A stretch of 64,000 nt of DNA from Paraspadella gotoi. Lineage: Eukaryota > Animalia > Chaetognatha. Both the position numbers and the translations under genes were made by a program. The notes beneath the pieces were generated by a model. The model ran no database searches, was not told the origin of the DNA, and saw only the letters and a list, made by a program, of their open reading frames with translations. This document shows positions 13,146 through 24,612 of this stretch, piece after piece (the first letter of the stretch is position 1; each line of letters starts with the position of its first letter). The stretch lies in the NCBI GenBank assembly GCA_051294375.1, contig CM119268.1:23389502-23453501 (forward strand), written 5' to 3'.

Positions 13146-16100
13146 AAAGAGAGAGATTGGAGGTAATGGGTTGGCGGTTCAGTGCGTAAGCGTTGAAATA
13201 ATTATTGTTTACGGCTGATAAAATCGCAAATTAACCTCCATGTTTGGCGAAAGTTTCGTCGGCATCCATTTCGTCTTGGCCTTACAGCTATTGTCCTGGA
13301 TTATATTGATGAAGAAGGCGTTGGAGTAGGCCTCGTCCCTGGGGGTCCCGGGATTAACAATGCCTGCCTTCTCAATACCTCCAGGTATCTTTTTAATGGC
13401 TGCTTTCTTTCAACTGGGCCTTGATTTGCGAATCTCGGTTTTGGTAGTCCTCGTCGTGTAGCCTAGGCCACTCTAAATAAATTTAGGAACCTTCTTTGGA
13501 GTCATTTATGGTTTCCCCAAAGACGTCTCTAAACTCCATAATACGATTTCCCAGACAAGGTGGGCCCTTCTCTTGGAGACTGGGAGTCGACGTCCTTGAA
13601 AGGGTTTAAAGGAAACGCCTCTTGGCCGCGTGCATCGTAGCTTTCAGCGTCTTTTTTGACGTGCATCACTACCGCGCGTGGATCCTTCCTCTGAGGTTTG
13701 TGGTGAAATGATGGTTGTGGCGGGGATGTTGTCCCTCCGATTTTCTGAGAAGAGGTATTGTCCCCAAGACATGTCGGCCCTGGACTGGGTTCGGCTTGGT
13801 TTTGGTTCCCAGGCCTAAATCAGCTTTGGCTTCGTTTGTGATAGAGTTGGCCTGCAAATCCCCAAAGCTCCGGGTTGGGCATCTATTTCGACCCCCTCCG
13901 CGAAGCTGGTCGCCGTCAACAAGTAAGCTTTGTCGTCATTTAGGGATCAATGATCCATCTCGAGCTGGCAAGCGTTTTCCAGTAAGGCCTAATGACGTAA
14001 GCTTGTGGTGGACCTTCGGCGTCAACGTTCCGTGTGTACGGAGCAGGGAGGTTTCTTCGTCCAGGATTTCCTCGTGCGAGCCCATCTCGCGGCTTTTAAG
14101 GCCGTGTTGTCCGCCAAAAGAGGTGGGTGATTGGTTTCCCCCACATCGAGGCGATTTGCAGTTGTTTATTTGGTTCGAGGTTGCACAACCCAGAAGTGTT
14201 ACAGATGGGCCAGGGTTGTTATTGCACGGTGCCGATGATTATATCCTGACATTTTCATCGGCCGAAAATGTAAAAAACTGTTTTAAAACCCATTTCTTTG
14301 GAACATTACCTTAATCAATCCTTCAGTCAGCGTAATTGTTGCCTGTTTCCGTGACAAGGCGAAGCGGAAGATCCCATGGTAGATCCTGTTATTTAAGACC
14401 ATTGTCGACAAATTTTCTCGGGAATCGTGTTACGGATGCTCGCCGTGTCATAATAAACAAACTTGCCGGCACCCCCAGCGATTACCGTCGGGATGTAGCT
14501 ATTTCTGCCAGAATGGCAGATCTTTCCGTGTCAATCCTAGTTCTGGGCAAGGTTCTCCTTGAGGGGTTTGGCCATTTTGTCCGGGTAGGGGGGTAGATCC
14601 TCTCATCTTTTGTCGTTTCCGGTTGCGCTGACACGTGGAGGAAGGATTCTGGTTGGGGCATTCCAGCTCCACCCGCCTGATGGTTGGCATTGGGTGGAGT
14701 GATTCACCTGACTGTTCTCCTGCAAATTATTGTATAGGTTGGGTTTCCCTTTGTCTCCCTGTTGGCCAGTAGTTTCTAAGGTTTTGCCTCGTTCCCTCCT
14801 GAACAGGATTTTTGCCTGTTCTTTTGGCTTAATTGCGGTTGGGGAGGGAGACGGAGGTGGAGGTGGGATGATGCAGGTGGTGAGGGAGGAGGCGGAGCCA
14901 GTTTCAGTGAATTGAACAGTTTGTCTGAATGTTTGGGTGATCCTTTGCATGATGTTTTTTGCTTTTGCTTTATTGACTCTGCGCGCAAGTTTTGCACAAG
15001 CCCATCGATCTGGAAAATTCTGGCTTTTTTTCTCGGCCTGTGTCCGGGCCCATTGGCCCAATCTTTCCATCCTAACTTGTGCAGAAACTGTTTGTGAGGG
15101 CGATTTCTTTCGCTCGAGTGGTTTTGAGCAGCTTATACAGTCGAGAATGGCCGTAGACTTGCCATCGGAAAGTTGATTTGCCAGTTTCACGAGGGCTTTG
15201 CTTTTAATTTATTTGATTGGCTGACTCCAGTCGTTACTATTCCATTACTCTATTACCGAGAGATTAGTAACTGTCTTTTAGCTTTCTTTTGTTATTGTAA
15301 GCTCAATTTTTGATTTATTTATAACGCAAATCATAATAGAACTGTATTTTTTTATCATCATATTCAATCAGCGGAGATCAATTTCAGGAATTATTTGTTA
15401 GGTCTACAATGTCTTCGACGTCTACCAAACTCGGGACTTCCCTGCCCTCTTGTTCATCGCGCCAATTTGATTTCCGGTCGTTTCTTTCCAGTCGCGAGGG
15501 TTTGTTCCCGTTTTTACTGTCGTAAGGTAACGATCTCGGACTGCGTCGTTTCTCGGCGGTCCGTACGCGGCGATCGTAGGGCCGATCTGGCTGGTTGGGC
15601 TCGGCCAGGCCTTCCCCATCTCCCTCCTTGAAGCTCCTTCATCGTCTCGTTTATGTTGTTGGAGCTCCTGCAGCATGGAGCTTGAATAAAAGGCCAGTGC
15701 AACGCTGCTAGGGTCTTTGTCGTTTTACCCTTTTGTCACTAAGGGCGTCTACCAACTTTTGGCCTTGTCGTCGTACGAAAACAGTTTAACGATCTTTCGA
15801 ACGGCGGCCGTCAGAATTTTTTTTTTATATCCGGCAGCTTGTACTCGATGGCCTTTCCTAATTGGCAGGGTTTAGGCCTGTTCGAGTAGGTTCGTCACTC
15901 CAAGGTCTCGGAGGTGATGCCCAGGAACGTAGGGCTCCATAGCTTCGACGAGCATCTGGGCGACGTAATCAGGGATTGAAGCTCTATCTATTTTCTCTGA
16001 CGCTTCAAATTTTCTTGGCGGCGTTACCAGGGCAGAAGGCAATATTTAGCGTGGAACGTGCGGGTCCACTTCGACTTTTGCATCGGCAAGGGCCTCGGCG

Positions 16101-17063
16101 AATGCTGAACTGATGAACCTTTCACATAACGCACGAAGGCCCAGCCACATTGAATTGATTTACTGGTTCAATAAATCTGCTCGCGATTTTGTCACGAGCG
16201 GCAGGAGGGCGCGGAGTTGTTGATCAATTTGTCGGTTCCCGGGAATTCTTAAAGGCCTGGTAGAAGCTCCGCAGGAACTGCTCATGGAAGTTTCATGCTT
16301 CTCCTCTTTTCCAGCTTGAATTGGGCTGAATTGACAGGCGTGTAGGATGGAGGGTCGCTCCGGCCGCTCTCCTGACTGGGCAATCGTCAGGGGGGCGGTC
16401 GGAGTGGGCGGCTGTCCTATGTAAGGGGTTTTTGAGGAGGTTGCCTGTTGGGCCCATGATAAGGTTGGTGTTGGGGTACAGAGATGGGGGGAATGGGAGG
16501 AGCGGTTTGGGCGAATCCGGTTGAGTTGATGTCGCGGTTGATATGCTTCTCCCGGAACTCGCGATTTTCCTTTGCCATGTCGCGAGTTCCTCCTCATCAT
16601 CGTCTTCAATCATGTTTGTGAAGTTCACCCAATTTGGAACCCAGTTGCATCTCGGTTTGGTCAAGGCGTTCATATGAGAGCTCCGATTTTGCGCCCCAAT
16701 GGTGAATTTCGCTTTCACGTCGAGGCGCCTGATTTCATCTGCTGGTAGTTTGCTGTTGCTTAAGTTATTGCTAGTTCCAATCAGTTGGAGAATCTGAACG
16801 AATGCTTTCAGCTTGTCTGGTTGTCTCTAGCATTGTTGACGTAATGCCCCCGATACTTCAATAGGTGGGTGGAAGTCGAGGTCGCTGTTCAATTGCTACC
16901 CGGCCTCGCTTTCAGTCGGAGCTTTTTCCCCCGGCGGGGGGCCCATTTGGGGCTGGGAAAATGGGCCCCGGAGTGCCGTTTTCGTCTGAACGGCGAAGTC
17001 CATCTCTTAGGTGGGCGTGGTGAGTGGTTGAGGCCTTTGCTTTTTCTTCTTGGAGTCGTGGTT

Positions 17064-17088
17064 TGTCGAATCCACTGCCTGTCACACA
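17064..17088 (-). promoter_or_regulatory. Putative primer-binding site resembling the complement of a tRNA-Leu 3' end
   Basis: Minus strand TGTGTGACAGGCAGTGGATTCGAC compared with the expected TGGTGTCAGGAGTGGGATTCGAAC; lies just downstream of the LTR-like segment. Confidence 0.5.
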
Positions 17089-17487
17089 TTTAAGTAAGAT
17101 AGACCGAGATTTCAACAATGAAAACTAAAAAGTGGATTTTATTCTTGGAAAGTCACAAAGCAAAGACGGTGTCCAGAAATTTAGACAGAGGAAATCAAAG
17201 CAGAAAACAGAGGCCTAATAATAAAGGGGCAACGTAGACGAAAGCCAGATTCCTCTTCCGGAATCCCTCCTCCTTTCCTCTTCTGAGAACCTTCTTTTTC
17301 CTCTTCCGGAAAAGTATTGTTCCTTTTCTGGATTTGGCTTTCCAAAATCCCATTCCACAATCATTTTCCAGAAATCTTATTTCCTCTTCCGGAATCCTTT
17401 CCTTAATCCTTTCCTTCTTGTTTCCGGTTTCATTCAATCTGTGATGCTAGTGAGGCACAAGACGCAACGTGGTGACCGTTCACCACA
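17089..17487 (-). repeat. Putative 5' LTR (~400 bp)
   Basis: Starts TGTGGTG, has AATAAA near its 3' end and abuts the PBS-like motif. The second LTR is not visible, so the boundaries are approximate. Confidence 0.55.
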
Positions 17488-17650
17488 CTCATATAGCTTC
17501 AACTGAAAAGTTGTGAATAAAATGTATTACTGAAAACAATAATCAAACCAAAGGTGTAATCAGTGTTAAAATAAGTGGATAAAAATTCCACAGAGCATAG
17601 CAAAGCAAAACGCGATAGAAGAACATTTATTGAATGATGAAATCGAAAAT

Positions 17651-17750
17651 TGGTAGCAACCAATACAAAAATTATCCCATTCATTAAATAATTAAGGCTA
17701 TCTTGCCCCTGACTTTGGATCAGGCTTTGGTGGTTTAAGGCTCCCACCAC
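17651..17750. repeat. Short interspersed repeat (tggtacaaccaatataaaaattatccattc...gctatcttgcccctgactttgg)
   Basis: Further copies near 30520-30610, 36960-37045, 39485-39570, 44300-44468 (tandemly doubled) and 52008-52040. Confidence 0.75.
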
Positions 17751-18037
17751 TCTTACAAGATAATGAAATAGCAGCTCCCTGCAAGCTATTCAATCAAGAC
17801 TCTCTCACAGTCTCGTTTATTTCACTCCCAGAGTATCTGGCTTCCTATCATAAGTGAGATAATGTTTCTTTTGAGAACATTAATAAATTAAATTCTATCT
17901 TTTAAACAGAATGTTTAGTTCCGTTGAACCATTTAACGAAAATTTTACTAAAAATCTTTCTTAGCACGTTCTATCTAAAAATTACCACACAAAATACATT
18001 TTTATTCTCTTTTTTTACACATAAATTAACAGTGTTT

Positions 18038-19232
18038 TTAGGTGTTTTTAGGTTTAGGAGAAGTTAGAAATAATTCAGACGGTTTGCTGCGAGCGGTGAC
18101 GAACGACGACGACGACGACGACGACGACTTCACTGACGCTACGGAAGAGACGACGATTTTGTAGATGGAACCAAAATCTAAATCTTTGAAGTGGAAATTC
18201 GTCTGAGTTGTTCGCGTCGACTGGATTAGGTGCAAAAGTGGGCGGGAGGAGAAGGAACAGTTGAGAAGGTTCAATTACCCGGCGTCTTAAGATGAGGTCA
18301 AGAGAGAGAGATACTAACGTTTCCAACAAAGAATTAAGAGAAAGCCTACAAATTCCCTTTCCATTGATGCCAAAATGATTATGCAATGACCCACATTTGA
18401 CCCAAGAAATGATCCCAAAAAAGACTAAAAAAATTGACCCGAAAATTTGACCCGCAAACGCATCTGATCCGCGAACCGACCTGAACGGGACACATGCTTT
18501 GGACGCAGGACTTTTTGTTTGAGCCACCGAAGTTCATCTTGTAAAGAGTGACCTTGGAGATTTAGGGATTAGAGAGCCAATTTGTTGAGAGTAATCTAGG
18601 ATATTAACGGATTAGCGAGTCAATTACATAGTTGAGAGTGGCATAGAGATTAAGATTAATAGATAATAAAGTCAATCTCGAGAGAGATACTTTAAGTAAA
18701 AGATTAATGCGTCATTTGTCTAAATTGTAATCAAATCAATCTCTCTCTCTCATTACCTCATATTCTCTCAAATTCTCCTTTCCTCTTTCCGGTGGAGTCC
18801 AATCGAACGTTATGCTTGTAACAAATCCTTCTTCATGATCACTCAGTATTCCAACTCCGTTATCTCCAATGATTGTTCTTTTTTTTGCATTTTCGTTAAA
18901 GATTTCATGAGCGGCTTTGATTGCACTTTTGTTTGCATCTTTGTTCGCACTTTTGTTTGAGATTCCATTTGCGGCTTTGTTAACACTTCCATTTGGAGAT
19001 TTGTTTGCACTTCCATTCGTGATTGCATTTGAAGCTCTTGTATTTCCACTTGAATTTCCACTCCCATTTCCATTCGTCCTCACATTTCCACCTTCATTTC
19101 CAACCATGATTCCGCTCCACCCTTTCTCTCTCGCAACTGGTTTTCCTGGTGACGAAGGCGTCGACCAATTTGGAGAAATTAATTTCCCATCATAGTAAAT
19201 TTGGACGAGAACAGAAGCCTTTGAATTGGGCC
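18038..19232 (-). CDS. Fibronectin type III domain protein, last three exons (19232-18757, 18552-18481, 18220-18038)
   Basis: GT-AG introns with consistent phase give STPSSPGKP..[N/S/G-rich insert]..SITFDWTPPERGKENLREYE|VTLYKM..|STRTTQTNFHFKDLDFGSIYKIVVSSV, the FN3 W/Y/L/Y signature. Confidence 0.8.
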
Positions 19233-19453
19233 CTGTTTGTATAAAAAGAGAATGGCTTTGTTTGTATTAAAAAAGGGGTTTGTTTGTATGAAAAAGATCG
19301 TCTTGAATGTACCCAACCCAAGATTAATTTACATAATCAGCAATTATAAAATACCAGAATGAATACAAAATTGATTTCAAATTCAAACGAGTTTTAACTT
19401 TTCTCCTCATGACGTCATTCTTGAAATAAAAAAACTGCAAAACAAATTATTTA

Positions 19454-19877
19454 TTAAGGCATAGTGAAAGTTGCAGATCAAAATTCGAATAGTTAATCAT
19501 AAACAGACTTGTACTAAAGAACATTGGTAAAGAAAAATCTTTTTTTTTAATTTCTAAATTTTCGCATAGGCCCATATTTATACATAGTACTTACCATTTT
19601 GATCCACTTAATGAAATAATTTTCTAAAAAAAGTTATATATCCTTTTATCAACTTTTCGTGAGGTATTCGAATCTGCTTTCAAAAATAAGATAAAAAAAT
19701 ATTTTAAAATTTTAACATTTTCTATGGTGAGTACTATGTATAAATATTGGCGTATGCGAAAATTGAAAAATAAAAAATATTTTTTTTTAATTTAAAAATG
19801 TTCACAGGTACAATCTTGTTCATGATCTACTATTCGAATTTTGATTCAACTTGATTTTAATATTTTTGATACCTTTA
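19454..19877. mobile_element. MITE-like foldback element
   Basis: About 130-bp imperfect inverted repeats (atcaaaattcgaatag..ttttcgcata..catagtacttaccat / atggtgagtactatg..tatgcgaaaa..ctattcgaattttgat). Confidence 0.7.
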
Positions 19878-19989
19878 TTATTTTTAATATCCTTAATACT
19901 ACTATTATTATTATTATTATTGATTTATTCTCTTTCTATATCATTTTTAATGTTTTTTTCCACAACAAATTAATTATTTAACATCCACC

Positions 19990-20071
19990 CCCGCGATGGC
20001 CGAGCGGTTAAGGCGTTGGACTCGAAATCCATTGGGATCTTCCCGCGCAGGTTCGAATCCTGCTCGTGGCG
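19990..20071 (+). tRNA. tRNA-Ser(CGA)
   Basis: Cloverleaf with long variable arm, A box TGGCCGAGCGG, anticodon loop CTCGAAA, GTTCGAATCC T-arm, G discriminator and a following TTTT. It has a C1:C72 mismatch. Confidence 0.9.
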
Positions 20072-20559
20072 TTTTACTTTTTTAACGATGTTTTTTTTTG
20101 TGCAACCATTTTCCACCTCTCACCTCCTTGTTTCCTCTCTTTAAGACGTACCTATCTATTTCCCAACCTTGACTTCTCTATTTTCTTCTTCACCTCTTTA
20201 TCTACTTCACACTCATGACCTCTTTATCTCCTCCTTCACACCTATCTATTTCCTCCTCCTTACCTCTCTATCTCCTTTCCCACACCAATCTATTTCCTCC
20301 TGATTTCTCTATCCCCTCTTCCACACCTATCTATTTCCTCCTCCCTGACCTCTCTCTATCCTCCTTCACAATTATCTTTTTCCTCCATACCTCTCTACTC
20401 TCCCCTCTTTCCTTCTCCTCACCTCTCTTCTCTTCTTCTCTAAGGGCAAATCCAACTTTCGCTCTCCTTCCTTCTTTTCTTCTCTTCGCTTCCAAAACGA
20501 CCCAACCAGAAGTGTCCACCATCACCGAGCTCAAGATGGGGACAGGGGTTAGGGAAAAG

Positions 20560-21060
20560 AGGATAGAGGATAGAAGATAGAGGTTTAGAGGAAAGGGTAT
20601 AGAAGATATGGGATATAAGATATATGACAAAGGATAGGAGTTAGGGGAAAGAAGATAGGATATAGAGGATAGGAGATAAGGGATAGAAGATATGGGAAAT
20701 AAGATATATGATAGAGGATAGGTGTTAGGGAAAAGAGGACAGGGGAAAGAGGATAGGATATAGAGGATAGAGGATAAAGGATAAAGGAAAGGGGATGGAA
20801 GATAGAGGATAGGGGTTAAGAGATAAAGGATAGGGGATACAGGGTAGGGGATAGAGAATAGGGGATAAGGGATAGAGGATAGGGGATAGAGGATAGGGGA
20901 TAGGGGATAGAGGAGAGGGGATAGAGGATTAGGGATAAAGGATAGGGGATATAGCAGATAAGGGATAGAGGATAGGGCATAGAGGGTAAAGGATAAGGAA
21001 TAGAGGATAGGGGATAAAGGATAGGAGATAGAGGATAGGGGATAAGGGATAGAGGGCAAG
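20560..21060. repeat. Purine-rich ~7-bp (GGATAGA/GGGGATA) simple repeat
   Basis: Direct inspection. Confidence 0.9.
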
Positions 21061-21204
21061 GGGAAGGAAAAGTTTGAAAATAAAACGAATTAGTTATCAA
21101 GTTAAAAACGTCACTTCTGTCGTTAATTGTTTTCTTGTTGGGAAAGTTGGTAAGTTAAGAAATGTTAAGGGAAGTTTAAAACTCTATTTGAAAATTCCTC
21201 AAAT

Positions 21205-21385
21205 AGTCGTCGTCGTTGTTGTCGTCATCATCATCATCATCATCATCGTCTTCATCATCATCGTCGTCTTCATCATCATCGTCGTCTTCATCATCATCGT
21301 CATCATCGTAATCGTCGTCTTCATCATGATCGTCGTCTTCATCATCGTCGTCGTCATCATCATCATCGTCGTCTTCATCGTCGTG
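21205..21385. repeat. (TCA/TCG/TCT)n trinucleotide repeat
   Basis: Direct inspection. Confidence 0.9.
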
Positions 21386-21423
21386 TTGTCGTCACTTTGA
21401 AAAAACCGGTTGTCGAAGTTGGA

Positions 21424-22461
21424 TTTTTAGTCGGATCTGCTTATCAGCAGATCGCGACTCTATAATTCACTTTGTCGGTCCGTCGGTCCGCCCCCTCAAT
21501 ATTGTCGGGCACTAACATATATCATGTCAGAACATCGAATTATGATAAATTATGCAAAAAAAATGATGTCCGTCCGTTCGTCCGTCCGTCCGTCCATCAG
21601 TCCGTCCGTCAGTCCGTCAGTGATTGAGCTGGATATAAAGTTTCGATGGAAACGTCCGAGTGGAAATGAAACAAAAAAATATATTTCACAATTTGAACAC
21701 CAATTGCTCATGAGTGGAGGGGGCGATTGACCTGGAATTTTGTATGTGGGTAGGAAAGTGTGTGATTGAACAGGAAACCAAGTTTCGATGGAATCTTTTG
21801 AGTGGAAATGAGTTTAAATGGAAAAAAACAAAAAAACCTGTTTCACTAATTGATTATGATTCTTTTTCCTTTTATATTAAATGTATATGCAGGATGTATT
21901 AATAAATCAAATAATTAATCAGTTAATTAATCAATTAGTCAATTAATTAATCACTAATCAGTCAATCAATCCGTCCATCCGTCCCACCTTAGCAAAAAGC
22001 CCCAATAACTCGTGATTGGCTGGTTGGATCGGAATGAAATTTTGTGTATGGGTAGGAACATGTGTGATGAAAGCTGGATATAAAGTTTCGACGGAATCGT
22101 GTGAGTGGATATGAGTTTTAAATGGAAAAAACATAAGTCGCATTTACTAAAAATATTTTTACTTATTTTAACCAATAAATACTTTATTTAATCAATTGGA
22201 TAATTTTGTGTGTGGGTAGGAAAGTTTGTGAAGAAGCTAGATATAAAGTTTTGACAGAATTGTGCCAGTGGAAATGAGTTTAAATGGAAAAAAATATAAG
22301 TCACATTTACTTTATTTTAAGGACATCGATGATGATAAGCTGTATATAAATTTATAATTAATTATTAAATATTAAAATTAATTCATTAATTAATTAATTG
22401 ATTAATTAATTAATTAATTAATTTTCGTAGGCTGATCCGACATTGTTTGCTCAAACTTGTT
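21424..22461 (+). mobile_element. HINE/DINE-1-like non-autonomous Helentron family A, full length
   Basis: 5' TTTTTA-GTCGGATCTGC-ttatca-GCAGATCGCGAC hairpin, (GTCC)n microsatellite, ~120-bp internal tandem repeats, and 3' subTIR GATCCGAC plus GTTTG-ct-CAAAC stem-loop and TT. This is the DINE-1/HINE architecture. Confidence 0.85.
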
Positions 22462-22695
22462 TTATTTCAGTTTTGTTTCTTTATTTATAAATTGAATTCA
22501 TCGAGTTGTATTCATCAATACATCGTTCAATTCATTTAACCATATCTTGAGATAATTTAAGATACATATCATAAACATATCTTTATAATTCGGCTAAAAA
22601 TATAAGGAAGAAAGAAGGTTTTCTTAACATTTCGTCCGTCTTTAAAACATCGAAACTGGTTCTTCGAGAAATTTCCAAAAAATTCAGTCTGACTT

Positions 22696-22730
<35 letters not shown>

Positions 22731-22806
22731 GGAGGAAACATCAATCTTTTATTTTTCTTCAAAGTTTTAAAATTTAAGAAAAACTTTTCACCCCCACCAA
22801 AAAAAA

Positions 22807-23732
22807 ATGGGTAAGTAAATGCAACGATCTGACATCCAATTTATATTCATGTCTAAGTATTGTAAATATAGTTCGTATAAATTATGAGGTTATTTCTTTC
22901 CTGCAGAAGCCAATCAGAGAAAGGAAAAGGAAAAAACTAATCGGGGTAAGTTTTTTTGGTCTGTAAATGACTTAATTGTTTTACACTATAACTTAACTTA
23001 ATTCATATTTTAACTTAACTTAATTCACATTTTTTGAAAGACTAGCAATATCGATTCTTAAAAAAAATCTTGACTGGTCCTATTGGTTTTCCTCATTTTA
23101 ATTTTCTTTCTTTTCACACTTTTCTCACCCTATCACACTACCACTTTACCACACTACCGCACGACCACTTTATCACACTGCCGACCACAGATAGCATCGA
23201 TTCTGGCCGTGGAAGTATGACCTCCAGGTATTTAAGATCTAAATCATTTGTTATTTCTCATCAACTTTGTTCAGCTCAACTTTCATTTCGCAGAAACTCT
23301 GACGACATTTGCGAATGGCAAATAAGGTTTGGTCAAAGTATTTAGTTTTGTATTTAGTATTTAGTTTTAAGTATTTTAGTATTTAGCAAATAAGGTTTGG
23401 TGAAAGTATTTAGTTTTTAGTATTTACTATTTAGCAAATAAGGTTTTGCGAAAGTATTTATTTTTGTATCTAGTATTTAATTTCAAGTATTTTGCAAATA
23501 AGGTTTGGTAAAATTATTTAATTTCATTGTCGTAAGGTTCTTTAATCCAGTTTTGAATCTGTAATTTTTTTGTTCTTTTTTATCTAATTTTTGACATAGA
23601 AACTCGACAAAGCGACATGGAATGGTGAGAGCGAGCGTGTCGGAAGAGAGAGAGAGAGAGATCAATGTTCATATTCGTTTCATGGAAGGAGGAAGGAGCG
23701 AACTGAAAAAGGTGTGGCCCAAAATTACATTC

Positions 23733-23796
<64 letters not shown>

Positions 23797-23841
23797 CTTT
23801 CTCTCTCTCTCTACTCTTTCTCTCTCTACTTCTTTCTCTCA

Positions 23842-23879
<38 letters not shown>

Positions 23880-24077
23880 ACTCTCTCTCTCTCACCTCTT
23901 TCTGTCTTCTCTCTCCTCTCTCTCTCTCTTTCTCTACTCTCTTCTCTCTCTTCTCTCTCTCTCTCTACTCTTTCTCTCTCCTCTCTCTCTACTCTTTCCT
24001 TCTCTCTCTCTCTCACTCTCTCTCTCTCTCTCTCTCTACTCTTTCTCTCTCTCTTCTACTCTCTCTTCTCTCTCTCT

Positions 24078-24155
<78 letters not shown>

Positions 24156-24482
24156 ACTCTCTCTCTCTCTCTCCTCTCTCTCTCTCACCTCTCCTCTCTC
24201 TCTCTCTCTCTCTACTCATCTCTCTCTCTCTCTAATCACCCCCCCCAACACCCCCAGTTTCTAATCACTCAATCAACAACTCCATCCCAATTGATCTCCA
24301 CGGCCCTGGAAAAAGTCGACGTTCCGATTCACGAGTTCGGACTGTTCGAGCAGCTCGCCGAGGATCGCTCGCGACGTCGAGTCGACGAAGACGAAACTCT
24401 TTTGCGAACGATTGAAAATTGGGATCAATGGGAATCGGAAAGGGGCGATGATCAGCCAAAGCTAATCGTGGAGATGTTATGA
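22807..24482 (+). CDS. 149-aa Ras-association (RA, ubiquitin-like fold) domain protein; exons 22807-22810, 22907-22945, 23191-23227, 23294-23326, 23600-23711, 24258-24482
   Basis: All five introns are GT-AG with matching phases (1,1,2,2,0). The product ends VHIRFMEGGRSELKKFLITQSTTPSQLISTALEK..EFGLFEQ..RRRVDEDETLL..W..PKLIV, an RA-domain pattern. Confidence 0.8.
23737..24232. repeat. (CT)n microsatellite filling intron 5 of the RA gene
   Basis: Direct inspection. Confidence 0.95.
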
Positions 24483-24612
24483 CATCAATCTTAATCAAAG
24501 TTTTTGAGAGGCATTATTCTGTTAGTTTGTATAATTCGGTTTTTCATACCAGAGGTCCTTAAAGCGCTCAGCTCAAATTTAACTTTTGAGAAAACAACTG
24601 AAATCTCTCTGC

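Larger units (their letters stand above)
13146..17487 (-). mobile_element. Decayed Gypsy/Metaviridae-type LTR retrotransposon, 5' half (rest lost in the gap)
   Basis: Minus-strand frames give protease-like FVDNG (~14400) and DIIIG, then IMEFRDVF (~13530), EKAGIVNP...YSNAFFI (~13350) and WRLICDF..VNN...NPLPPI (13240-13155), i.e. an RT N-terminus in PR-RT order. An LTR-like and a PBS-like segment lie upstream. Confidence 0.8.

Noticed and set aside
13715-14596. Plus-strand ORFs inside the retroelement
   Set aside because: Antisense to PR/RT motifs; no recognisable features.
20215-21400. ORFs of YPLSS and IIIVV repeats
   Set aside because: Translations of simple repeats; a possible exon at ~20453-20525 has only a weak GAG acceptor.
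23622-24482. 286-aa continuous ORF with poly-LS
   Set aside because: The middle is a (CT)n intron bounded by GT (23712) and AG (24257).
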